DNA of 64,000 bases, from assembly GCA_051530055.1 (NCBI GenBank), contig CM121341.1:9526784-9590783 (forward strand). Direction: 5' to 3'. Below, piece by piece: positions 1 to 11,200 of the stretch. The position numbers were made by a program, and so were the translations under genes. The notes beneath the pieces were generated by a model that did not search any database, was not told the DNA's origin, and saw nothing but the letters and a program-made list of their open reading frames with translations. Source of the DNA: Neoechinorhynchus agilis (lineage: Eukaryota; Animalia; Acanthocephala). Positions within the stretch are counted from its first letter, which is position 1. Every line of letters starts with the position of its first letter.

Positions 1-287
1 TGCTGTAGTCTTTTTTTAATAAACAATCTTTAACACAATTATCAAATACATTTGCAGAAGTTGGTACTCGTCCAGGGTTAATTCGATAGTTTGAATCAGT
101 GGAATATTAGAGGAAATGCACCTGAGTTTCTATGAATTATAGAGCGTATCTTGAGGAGAACCGTTTGGCAGAATCTCGCTGATTGGTGTTTGCAAGCACG
201 ATAATATGTTTGGAATGATGGTTTGTTTGATCTAGATGATTCAAACCAAAAAACATCGCACTACTTCGAATGTTACGAAAACCTTGA

Positions 288-509
288 AAAGATATCCAAT
301 TTACGACGCGATTTCAGCAAAGACGTGCAGTGTTGTGTGCGCTTGCAAACCTACTGATTCGGAGCAAAACGTTTTTTGAAATTATGAACTGTTTCCGGCA
401 TTGTCTATGCCTACAATGCGCTCGTTCGTGGTTTGAGGAGGAAGATAAATATAGTTGCCCAATTTGTCGACGAATCCCGGATTCCATATTCCACAGAGGC
501 ATTGCATGA
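288..509 (+). pseudogene. RING-finger-like coding segment (partial or frameshifted)
   Basis: Frame 384-509 reads MNCFRHCLCLQCARSWFEEEDKYSCPICRR, i.e. C-x2-H-x2-C-x2-C-x12-C-x2-C, the last six ligands of a C3HC4 RING. The first Cys pair is not in this frame. Neighbouring frames look coding, so indels or an unrecognised intron are likely. Confidence 0.4.
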
Positions 510-1081
510 TACCGTTGTGGCAAGTCAAAAAGTTGAAAATAAAATAGATGAAGAAGCCTTGGAGGTGATAAAAGCTGCCATGGCTAAAAGTAAATACGTT
601 TAATTGCAATCGGATGTTCCAAAGTTAGACAAATTTTTTGCGATGAGCGAAATCCCTTCGTTCCCTCTATTTCGGAACTTCTTCTGATTGGTGTATAAGT
701 TGAGTGTTTAGCGTCAAGTAGCGCAAAATCAGAATTTTTGTCCTATCTGAATCAAAATAAAAAGTTTGAAAACGTTGACGATATTCTAATACCAACTTAT
801 GGTAACAGTTTTGAAAAAGTTAAACTTGGATGTTTAAATGTTGAGCAGGTTGACGCAATCTTATCATAAGTTTGGGAAGGACATTCAGCACATTGCGGCA
901 AAACCGGACACATTTTAAATCGTATCTCACTTGCCCGAAAAACAATTCGATTTCTCAATGTCTTACGCTCGTAATTTGATTTATACAATTTAAAGAGCGC
1001 GTTTTGTCGACAACAACGCAATAAAATGTTTAACCATCGATCACGTTATTGCACTAAAAAGTATTTAAATCGATTAGTAAA

Positions 1082-2011
1082 TTCGCCTTTCGTCACATTT
1101 GAAAAATGTTGTTTTATATTGATTTATATTTTTATATATCGATTAGTGACATAAGGAATTGTTAGTAAACATATTGGTGTGTGTGGTGCCGAGACTGGCG
1201 GTTGTGACTTAATAAAAACCAGTTATTGAAATCCATGGAGAACACAACAATTGGCGACGAGAGTAAAGCGGATATGGCAAAAGAATTGATGCAGATGTAA
1301 AGGGAAGAACAATCACGGAAGCTTTTCTTGAATCGTATGAGGGGAGTCAACCGATAGCGAAGAAAATTCTAAAGGAAAAGTTTTGTCTTGACCAAGACTT
1401 TGTGGTGGCATTTGAAGAATGGTGCCAGCAGACAGGCGCTAACCATGTTCCCGTGAATGGCCTCAGACAGTCGATCTGAGACAGACCTCTCGCCGCGAGA
1501 GCTTACAGCTCTCTACTTTCACGACAAACGAGACCGTGTCGCCCGAAATCATCAACCAAAGACGGGAGACCAAGTCTTTAGGACTGCGATCATCGTTACC
1601 TCATCAGTGGAAGAGCTCCCACAGATGCCAGGGGAACAGTCTCCAACCACGCCCCGATTATGCCAGTGCGTTCTTTATCAGAAATAACGCTTCGTGAGCC
1701 GAGAGAGCGCTCACCCTATCGCACAGGAACGAAAGTTTCGGTATGATACGGCCGATCTCAGCTTCCACATTTGAATCAAAGATGCAACTACCCAGGAGCT
1801 GAGTTGCTCTGGAGTCACGAGTTTCAGACCTGGAGCTACGGCCTCGAACCCATACATCAGATCCTTGACTTTGGAGGTGTCCTCGATATTAAATACTAGG
1901 CGCTCACACTTTCCAGCATTAAGATCAACGCCCAATGTCGCAGTCTTCGTTATCAGCGTCTCCAAATCGCTCAGTACAACGGAGGGATCACCTCCGAGCG
2001 CAGCGTCATCC
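1082..2011. repeat. About 930-bp direct repeat, copy 1 (copy 2 at 11958-12887)
   Basis: Near-identical to 11958-12887 at a constant offset of 10876; the ORF pairs 1162/12038 and 1457/12333 confirm it. Scattered substitutions show the copies are distinct. Confidence 0.95.
1250..1655 (+). mobile_element. CRE-clade non-LTR retrotransposon fragment (post-RT region), inverted relative to the adjacent RT fragment
   Basis: Translates AFLESYEGSQPIAKKIL..FCLDQDFVVAFEEWCQQTG..VPVNGLRQSI*DRPLAARAYSSLLS. This aligns with the + strand CRE copy at 4260-4480 (AFLRSFE..FRLSDEFLVAVHKWWENTG..VPVNGLKQSIWDKPSVARAHSSLIS). Confidence 0.75.
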
Positions 2012-2505
2012 GAGTACCAAGCGTTGATGCTGGAATGGAGAGAATGCGCTATGGATTTACTGTTAGGGAGAATGCGATTGGACCGCGAGGATCTCGTTGC
2101 TGTACTCCTCTTTCGGACCAAATGAGATGGTCTTCGAAAAGCAAAGGAGTCGCCGTCCCGTAGGCATTGAGAAAATACTGGAAGGCTTCTGGTGCTTGAT
2201 CCCTAATAGCGCAGAACATACTTTCTCCATTGAGAGAGTTAAAGGCGTTCCGAAAATCACACTGAAGAATCACGCACTGCTCTGAGCTTCTCGTAGCAAA
2301 GTTTCGGAACGAGTGGACAATAGCTTCCGCCCTGCAGGATGTGCAGCTGGACTGGGCGAAGTTGTTGCCCGATTTTCTCTGTGATACGTTTACAGAGAAT
2401 TTTTCCTGCGAGTCGGCGTATCGTCGAAGATACGGCGATGGGACGGATCCGACCGAGGGATGAGCTGACGGACAGCGTTGCCCTCCTCTGATTCCTTTTT
2501 AGATA
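1660..2505 (-). mobile_element. CRE-clade non-LTR retrotransposon, decayed reverse transcriptase
   Basis: RT motifs occur across frames: RPIAVSSTIRRL, DFRNAFNSL, GVQQRDPRGP, WYSDD, LNAGKCE, then FLCDRVSALSAHEALFLIKN. This motif set is typical of CRE/Cnl1-type RLE elements. Confidence 0.85.
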
Positions 2506-2516
2506 ACCGAAGAAAA

Positions 2517-2555
2517 GCTTCCTGACGAAGACGCAAGGCGTCGAAAATTTGAAGT
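2517..2555 (+). ncRNA. Minimal type I hammerhead ribozyme motif
   Basis: GCTTC-CTGACGA-A-GACGC-AAG-GCGTC-GAAA-ATT-T-GAAGT. It has the full core, a 5-bp helix II, a loop-less palindromic helix III (AAUU) and helix I GCUUC/GAAGU, followed by AAATAAATAAAA. Confidence 0.75.
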
Positions 2556-3334
2556 AAGAAATAAATAAAACACCCATTTTTCGTTCGATAATAAATCTGG
2601 AATAAAACATGAGGGTGTTGGGAAAAGAGGCTTTCCATAATATGCTGTAGGGATAATCAATTAAGCGGATGGAGTTATTCGATTTCCTCTGAGCTTTTAA
2701 AATCACAACCTTGGCGCCATTGTAGAACGTTCAACAAATTTAAAATATCTGCAGTACGAACATAAAAGCCCACGGATAATTAACAAATGGCGCTTCCCAT
2801 TAAATTTATTCTTTTCAATCCGAATATCCTTCCTTTTGTCTACACCTTTAAGATATTTGTCCAACTTACAAATTCATTTATTTCCCACGCCCTTACCTAT
2901 CACTCGTTTGTAAGGATTTATCCTTGATTTAATGAGTCTAGGTGAATTCGGCACTTCCTCCCAAAAAACGTAATTTCACTATCCGGTTCAAAAAACCCTA
3001 ACTGTAGAGCTCCTTATCAATGTTTTCATTAGATGTTTGGTGTTAGTACAACGCTCGTAATCCCAATTCATTTAATCTGCTTTTGCGCGACACGAAAAGA
3101 AGCTGACTAAAGTCCCAACCTCAGAAACTCTCCTACAAAAAATAACCACCAATTCACCCACTCGACCGGATATTCTCACCTGAACGGACCCGTAATCTCC
3201 TCCAAATTCAACAAACACCACATTCATTTATCCTATCAGAAATCGTGCCTCAAGCCGAAACGAAGGGCCTTTCGTCGATGATGAGCTATTCACTCCAATT
3301 AACAATCTAATAAATAACAGCCAATTACGTTAAG

Positions 3335-4503
3335 AAGGAGAGCGCGTATCGTCAAAACTCGCTGATGGAGATGTTCTGGGAGCTGCCCGTATTTTGTCCT
3401 CCTCTGATACATTTGCAGGTTATTCGCCCTCCACACTTCAGGGTTTAAAGTTGAAGCATCCGCAAAGTTCAACCCAACCAGAAATTCCTACATGGTCTGT
3501 CCCTCAAAGACACTCCACTTCGACAGTTGAACTGAGAATGGCCATATCTTCCTTCGCCAATGTTTCTGGCCATGGCCTCGATGGGCTTCGTCCTCAGCAC
3601 CTAAAGGATATGATGTCGTTCTCAGTTGGAGATGCAAGCAACTCCCTTGCTACCCATCCTTGTCGACTAGTCGACCTTTTCATCGAAGAAAATTTACATC
3701 CGCGGGCAATTGAGTTATTTTTTGGCGCATATTTGTGCGCTTTGAACAAAAAGACTGGTGGGATTCGTCCGCAGATAAAATCCTTTACAAGCGTATTGCA
3801 GAAGGGATAGGGCAGCAACTTCGAATGGAGGGAAATGCGAACTGTTGGTTATAAACATCGAAGACGAGTCAGCGCGGAGCGAAATCGTCAAAGGTTTTAG
3901 AAATCTGGCACCCACTTTAGAATTGATCACTCTATACCGGCTGAGTCTTCTAGGAAGTTTTTGATTCAAATGTGGAAAATGAAATCGACCATCTACTCCG
4001 AACATCACGATGCTATGCGATAGAGTCCATGAACTTTCGTCACAGGAGGCTCTATTTCTGATCAAGAATACCCTCTTCATCCCGAAACTACTTTATAAAC
4101 TGCGCACGGCTTCCTTCGTCAAGCACGTCGATAAGTTAAAGAAGCTCGATGACATTGTGAAGGCGTGTCTCGAGCACATTTTAAATATCCAGCTATCACA
4201 CGAGGCCTGGCGACAAGCTTGTATCGTCCGGTGGTTTGGGTATTCTAAAAGCAGTAGATGTGTCGTTGCCCGCGTTTTTACGATCATTCGAACTGGGTTG
4301 AAATCTGGTAAAACGTATATTGGGACCCATGTTCCGTTTATCGGACGAATTTCTAGTAGCTGTCCATAAATGGTGGGAGAATACGGGTTATTACCAAGTT
4401 CCTGTGAATGGCCTAAAGCAGTCCATCTGGGATAAACCTTCAGTCGCCCGAGCTCATAGTTCTCTAATTTCAGACTCGCGCGACGAGGTAGACCGGGCTT
4501 GTC
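3335..4503 (+). mobile_element. CRE-clade non-LTR retrotransposon copy with the RT catalytic core deleted
   Basis: Reads KLADGDVLGAARILSSSDTFA..LKLKHP, GLDGLRPQHLKD, FFGAYLCALNKKTGGIRP, then jumps from GQQLR to GKCELL (no DF.NAFN, GVQQG or YxDD). It continues EALFLIKNTLFIPKLLY and QSIWDKP..DEVDRA. Confidence 0.85.
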
Positions 4504-4961
4504 CTTAATGAAGACGAGAATGAGTTTTCAGCGAGAGGAGAATGATACGAACATTACATCGAAAAACAACCCGAAACCCACCGCCAATCAGAAAATATTC
4601 TTGGAATCAAAATTCATCAATGAAGCAACTCTGAACAAATTACAACATCGTATAAGAAGATGCAAGACCCATTGGGTGTCAATATATTCTAAAGCAGCAA
4701 CGGAGTTGGCGGGTATATTCAAAAAGAAACCAAAACAAGAGGATAAAAATTATAATCTATAAAGTACAATGCAGACAATGCCGAAAATATTATGTTGGAC
4801 AAACAAGCAAAGGGCTAAAAAAGCGTATTGACCAGCATAAATATTGTGTGCGCAGAGCAGATATGTCATCCGCCATCAGCAATCATGTTGTAAAAACGAA
4901 TCATGAAATCGGATTTGAGGATGCTCATCAGATCATGATCGAGAGTGACTAGAAAAGGAGG

Positions 4962-5160
4962 GTACTTTGGGGAAACGAATTTACGCAGCGACTGGAGAGC
5001 CAAGATCGAGGTCGTTCTTGGCACAAAAAATAAGCATTGCGGTGCAGCGGGGCAATGCGGCTAGCATTTTGGCCGGCAACGATGAATAGGAGCGTTGAAG
5101 AAACTATAAATTATGTATGCTTGCTTAAAAATTAAAATAAATGAGTTTAAAGATTAAAAA
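4962..5160 (+). mobile_element. 5'-truncated CRE 3' end inserted into the Penelope remnant
   Basis: LGKRIYAATGEPRSRSFLAQKISIAVQRGNAASILAG* is the conserved CRE C-terminus. An AT-rich tail ending in an A run follows. Confidence 0.8.
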
Positions 5161-5339
5161 AATCAAAGAGGCGGTAATGATAAACAACAACTGTATGGAG
5201 GGGAATGTCCCAAGCTGGAAGCTGAAGATTCCATACAAACTAAGACCTGCTCAGGGGGTGACAGATCACCCGCGGACCTAACAACCCCGGGCACCCGAGT
5301 TCTGCCCAAGCCACACTCACCACGTACTATTCTAGATAC

Positions 5340-5369
5340 CTGAAGAGGTCTGGATGCAGACGAAAATTC
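5340..5369 (+). ncRNA. Minimal hammerhead ribozyme motif at the Penelope 3' end
   Basis: CTGAAGA-G-GTCTG-GATG-CAGAC-GAAA-ATT-C, followed by AATAAA. The core, helix II and palindromic helix III are intact, but helix I pairing is poor. Confidence 0.6.
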
Positions 5370-5737
5370 CTACAAATAAATCAGTCATCGGGGAGGTTAA
5401 TAAGGTTGCAACTATGAATAAACAATTTTACAAGGAGAAATTTGTATTGATGAAAAATAACGTGACTGCATGATAAAAATACTATTGAAAATCAATGTTT
5501 TTACTTTTTAGATTGAAAATGATAAAAAATGTACAATTTTTAGTGAAGAATATTTAAAGTAAGGAGCGATGTCATAATGGTGGTATATTTAGATCGATTC
5601 AATGATTTTTCACGGGTATTATGCGAATCGTAAAATCCGACGTCTAAAACCTACAAAAAGGATTTTGGCTTAAAAAAATTGCAAATAAACGTCTGCAATC
5701 CGTTAAAAAAAGCCTGGATCATATTAGTCCTGGGAAC

Positions 5738-6770
5738 TCAAAGTACAGAATGTAGCTTTAAAGCATTGCGAAGAATTGTACCAAATCTTTCACAAAACGC
5801 GACATTCTCATAAGAATAAATGATCGAAATAAGTTGATTTATTGCCTTTAGCTTGACGTTATGATTTGGATGTACAACGGCTACGGCATACCGAGAAATC
5901 CTTCTATAACCCAACGATGGAATGGGGTGTACCACATTTACGGCATCCCGAGAAATCCTTCGTTTCAAAGAATCCCCCCATCCCGACGAAGGATTGGGAT
6001 GCCCACGAATACGGCATCCTGAGAAATCCGTAGTTATATTTGTCGCTCCTTTGAAACTTTCAAAGCTTAGGTTGATTTTAATAAATTGATGAAAACTTGT
6101 CATAGCGACCACGTTCTTCTTTTCTTCGGAAATTACCCTTCTTTTTTGTGAAGCTTTTACCGCAGATTTTAAATCGGTTTTTCCTATATTTGCTTCCTCC
6201 GTGGTTAACATTTTACCACTCTATTTGCTGCCAAAGAAAACAGCATGTTTTCTAGATTGTCCAATCGGAATAAAGTCCTCCATTTTCTTAAATAATTTAT
6301 CGACATGACCCCTGTTTCTTATAATTTCCGGATTTTTTCGATCGCTTTCAATGTTTCCATCCAAATTATAGTTTCGAACATCATTTCTCGAAATTTTTCC
6401 TTGAATCATCAAAATCAATATTCTCGTAAACATCGCGTGTTTGGAGACGGCGTATTTTTCATCGATAATAATTTCAAACCGGCAACAGAGGTCTTTGGTA
6501 ATCGATTTGATTTCATTGGACGGGTTTGAGGACCTTTTTTAGCATTCGACAGATTATTTGCCATCTCGAACAGAATATTGATTAGTCCGAATTCTATTAC
6601 TTCATTCGGATTCGTCTTGCACGATAACATCTCGGATAAAACGCCATTGGTCAGTTCAACGCTCTTAGCCTTTCGCTGATTGTCTAATAGACGAAGAAGT
6701 CTTTGTTGAAGGGCTAAGAATTCGGAACGTTTGGATTGACATTCTCGTTTTTGTGTGTAGCTGGTTTTCG
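5738..6770 (-). CDS. Unassigned coding-like region (possible lineage-specific multi-exon gene)
   Basis: Three closely spaced same-strand ORFs (6415-6630 with the frame open upstream to about 6770, 6221-6433, 5738-6211) have protein-like composition. No family recognised. Confidence 0.2.
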
Positions 6771-8243
6771 TGTCTATTAAACGGCTGCTCGCTTAGGGTT
6801 GCCGAATTTGAACGAAGTCAAATCGACCGTTGTTATAACGTTTTGGAATTAAAAACTATTGAATAATATTAACGCACGGAGGGTGTTTATCGCTCTCTCT
6901 AATCAAAATAGCAACAAGTAAGCAAATACTCACAAAGAAAAGTCAAAAATGAATGTTTTAGCTAACGTTTTGAGTAGATTCTATGAAAGCTTCTGAGCAA
7001 TTTCTTTTTGTATTTAATTTTTTCATTTTCATACTCATTATTTACATTGCTTGGCTTTAGGTTTTCGAATCCCTAGGATTTTTACATAATTATTGCATGT
7101 TAATAAAATTTTTTAATAAGTCGTCAAGGATTTAAATTGTAGAAAAGTTGAAAGGTTCAGCATTTTTATAATTCAGCAGAACAACTTTACAAACTTTTAG
7201 CTTAAATGTTCTTCGAAAGTGATTTTGCATTCTGAATTACCCGTGGTTTAAATCTTTCTTACATAAAAGAGATCTACATTTATTCTTGCAAAAGCTCTCG
7301 TGCTTTATTGCAAACGGAGGAGTGTTCAAGTCGGCGACAGACTGTCTTATTTTGAACGATTCACTTCTTGGTGTCCTGCATCGATGTGCGAAATGCTCCC
7401 TGTTAGACAGAAAGCACGGAATTCTGTATACTTCGTATATCGGGTGCCTCTTCTTTAAAATGTATCCGAGGAAACGAATTCCCGTTTTTTTGCTTCATAA
7501 CTCGAAGATACCGGAAATCTTACAGAACACGTTAATTCTAATCAATCAAATGGAGAAATTAAATTTTAAAAAACATCGTGGGATCTATTAAACATTCCGT
7601 CGTTGAAGTGTTATTTTTAGAAAAATTGGCTACTAAAAGCGTCCAATTTTCCGAAACTTTTAAGAAAAGCAAATTGCTTCGCAAGAAGATGCACGATTGG
7701 CATCGAAACATAAAGAAACTAATAAATTGAATGAACAAGTTGAATCTACTCAAAAGTTAGAAGTTAATGAAGATTGCATTGTTGATTATCCGTCAACTGT
7801 ATTTGAAAAGAACTAATCAAGTCGTTCAAAAGTAGGCGAACTGATTCAATCAATTGCGGCTAATTGATTGCGATCAATTACGAACACTTCTATTTAGGAA
7901 GTTCTTCAAGATGTACAAAAGGCGTCTAAGCAAAATTTAAGCGCCCTGTCAATTTTTGAACCTGAACGGAATTCGACTGTTAAAGTTCCACTAAACTTGT
8001 CCGGAGCAGACCAAAACGAATTATAGAAGCAATAGGGGATAATTCTGACCAATTAAGTGAGAATATTAAGAAAATTGCTTTTCTAGAAAATGGTCAAATT
8101 GTGTCGCATGAAGATTGTCATGGGAGCCTGCAAACGATCGATGCGCGATTATCACACCCACGCAATCAATCAATGCGCAATAAAATCAATTAATAGCGCT
8201 TTTTTTTGGTTTAACGAACAGGAGCTGACTACCGATCAGAAAA

Positions 8244-11200
8244 ATGTGTGCGAAACAAGCTGTTGCGGTGAAGGGTGGCGAACGGCCACCCAATGCTCTG
8301 AGAATTCCCGTGTCTCCGGACATTCGGAGTCAACTTCTCAGCGATCAAAACAGTAAGCACTTCGTCGAGGTGCCTTCAAAAAGATGGCCCAATACGATAA
8401 GAATCGAAGCAAATCCAATACAACCCAGAGAAGAGCTACACAGACGTTATCTGGCTCCGTGGCTCAAATCCTTTAAGGATGATATCCATCGTATTTCATC
8501 CATCAGCTATTTCGGAGGAATATTGAAAATCAGGTTTATAGCAGCGGATTTTATGAAGGCTTTTCTGGCTTTCACGCGGATCGTTTCTGGGCTCTCTCCA
8601 GATATTGATGATGCAGATAAGATAGCGTTCGAGGAAAAATTCGGAGTCAAATTGCTCTTTTTCCTGAAGTCATCAAGAACGGGGAAGTTTATTCCCAAAG
8701 CTATTGTTAAAGCTGCGGTCGAACGGAGGGACGCACTATGCACTGAGCGATCCTTCTTCCAATCCATGGAGGTTAAATTTACTTCCAACGAGATTTCGCG
8801 TTACGACGACTATTACTTTCCTCGGTGCAGTTGGGTGCCAATGTTGGGGACATTGGGAGCAGAAGTGCCCGTCCAAGGTCACGCGATGCGCTTTTTGTGG
8901 CCAAGACCACCACAGTACCAAATGTGACAAAAAGAAAAGGCACTGCTCAAACTGCGATCGAGATGGACATTGTGCGTTCTCGAAGAATTGTAAAACATTT
9001 AAGGAATATGTTGTGTGGGCGAGACTGCTTGATTCCAAGGGAAATAATTCATCCGACAAGTTGGAATACGACAAAGGACAAACCCATAAGAGGATCTGCA
9101 ACAACCAATACAACCATAGAAACATACCCAAGGCAACAACTGGGCACATCCAAAGATGTTAATAATCTACGAACGACTTATGATGACACCTTGGAAAAGA
9201 AGTTGGCTGATTTCTCCGCTAAAATCCTCGACATGGTCGATCTACGAATCACCGCGGCCATTCAGGGTCTTGAGAGGAGACTGTCTGCCCAGTTAAACGG
9301 TCTCATCGAAACTCTCTCGACAAAATTCAAAGATATTCAGATCGTGAAAGGGGTAGCTCCAGCACCCTGCAAACGCAGTCGAGCACTGGTTTCAAGTCGC
9401 AACGGTGTAGACGATGTGGATATGTGCGAGGCCGAGGAGTTCGTGAGCAACATCATAAGCGACTGACGGGGTCCAAAATCTCATCAAGGGTAGGTCTCAA
9501 TGGAATTGAGAATTGCGCAGTGGAACGCAGGCGGGCTTCTGGGTATTCCTGGCCTTTTGTCTGAAGCACAGAGAAGTAATATTACTTTTATCCAAGAAAC
9601 TAAGTCGCTGTACTCTCTTAACAACCTCCCGAATAGTTTTAATATTTTATCTAATGAATATTCTTTATTTTGTACAAAACCCCTTTTAAACTACTCTCAA
9701 GGTTTATTATCTATTTTTAAAACTTGCCTCCAACCAACTCTAATTTCCGAGTTTACTTCCCCAGATTTGTCTTACGCTTTATTTTCAATACGTTTCTTGG
9801 GGAGGAAATTGCTCTTAGGGAATTTCTATATTAAACCTAGGAAAATACACCTCACTCATAATAAAGATCTTATAAAAAATGTATTAGCATCCGGAATTGA
9901 CTTTTGCTTCGGAGATTTCAACGACCCTTCTCCCAAATGGATAAAGGCCCTTTTACGTTCGGATGATACCCACGACCTTATTGTCCCTGTGGACCCCACG
10001 TTTACGGACGGCAGGTCTCATTCTTTTCTAGATTTGTGTCTTGCTCGAATTAACTCATTCGTTAAACCCAAACTGGTTTCTCAATCATCAATTTTCCGTA
10101 TTGCTTGACACGATATCTTAGTGTGGGATTTAAGACAAAATATTCTGTTGAGCCGTAGATTTAAGTTTAGTGCTCTTAACATCAACATCTTTACGCTGCC
10201 ATAAATTTGGCTTTCACTTTTGGCGCTTTTGATCAGCTCAAGGACTTAAATGAATTTGTGGTCACAGCTGTTGACTCGATTTTAACAACGGCCACGAGAA
10301 GTATCGGGTCGAAAATGCAGAAACCAAAAGTACTCTTCCTGTATTGCAGGCAACTTTTTATGGCTAAGGCAATCGATGATCGGGAGTCGATTAAGTTTTG
10401 GTCCTCTTTATACTGGCCCTGTAGAACTCGATTTCAAAGAGATTGCGACAGTAAGCGAATTAGCCATTTTATGCCTTATTCCTCTCCTTGGTGGCATGTC
10501 GTTGCACCAAAAAGATTTTGTCCCTGGAAAAGGGCCGCATCGAGTTGGATTAAAACCTCGGGGTGGGGCAATGTTATTAGCGCTCTTTGCATTGAACATT
10601 GTAATGGAGCAAGTAATGTCCCGGTCTTCAATAATTTTATTCAAATTAAGCCTCGTCGTTTTGATTTATGCCGGAATGATTTTATCATTTGGTGGGGTTC
10701 AAGAAATCTTACATCCAACAATGGTTCTTCCCCTGTTTCAAACCCATCAACGTTCTCAATCAATCAAATATCACTTCCTTCGCTGAGAACATGTTGGCAG
10801 CATCCCCTGATGAATGGTCTCAGATAAACATAGCGAAAAGAATATTTCTCTGTAAAAAAAGGTAGGGCTGTTTCTTCACCTAGTGATGTGAGACCTTTCT
10901 CCATTCAGAATTCGTTTGTTTCCATATACGAGCGAGTTTTGGCCAAAATTATAATGGATTTTTCTTTTAAACATCACCCAATTGATGAGCGCTGTCATGG
11001 TTTCCTCCCAGGGAAATATGTTCATACTGCAATTGCTCAAATAATAGATAACCTTTTTAGTCACCCCAAGTCAACAAACATTCTTATCTCTTTCGATATT
11101 TCTAAAGCTTTTGATAATATTGACATTGCTTTTATGGTGAATATTTTAAAAAAAATTTGTTTTCCTTTTAATATAATTGCTAGGGTGAACAACGTCCTGA

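Larger units (their letters stand above)
4504..5400 (+). mobile_element. Penelope-like element 3' remnant (GIY-YIG endonuclease + 3' end), split by a CRE fragment
   Basis: 4749-4961 reads IIYKVQCRQCRKYYVGQTSKGLKKRIDQHK..SAISNH..NH..ESD*KRR, and the frame resumes at 5159 as KIKEAVMINNNCMEGN. This is the Penelope-type GIY-YIG with its CxxC/H motif. It ends in a hammerhead motif plus AATAAA. Not in the ORF track. Confidence 0.8.

Noticed and set aside
1250-2505. Twin-priming 5' inversion as the origin of the CRE mosaic
   Set aside because: The two pieces converge (tail to tail), whereas twin priming gives a divergent junction. A later DNA inversion fits better.
3255-3285. Type II hammerhead-like GCCGAAACGAAGGGCCTTTCGTCGATGATGAG
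   Set aside because: Helix III and GUC are present, but the core reads AUGAUGA, helix I is absent and helix II does not pair.
7300-7500. GIRFLGY on the minus strand as an RT domain-7 motif
   Set aside because: It is an isolated 7-mer preceded by a stop, with no other RT motifs nearby.
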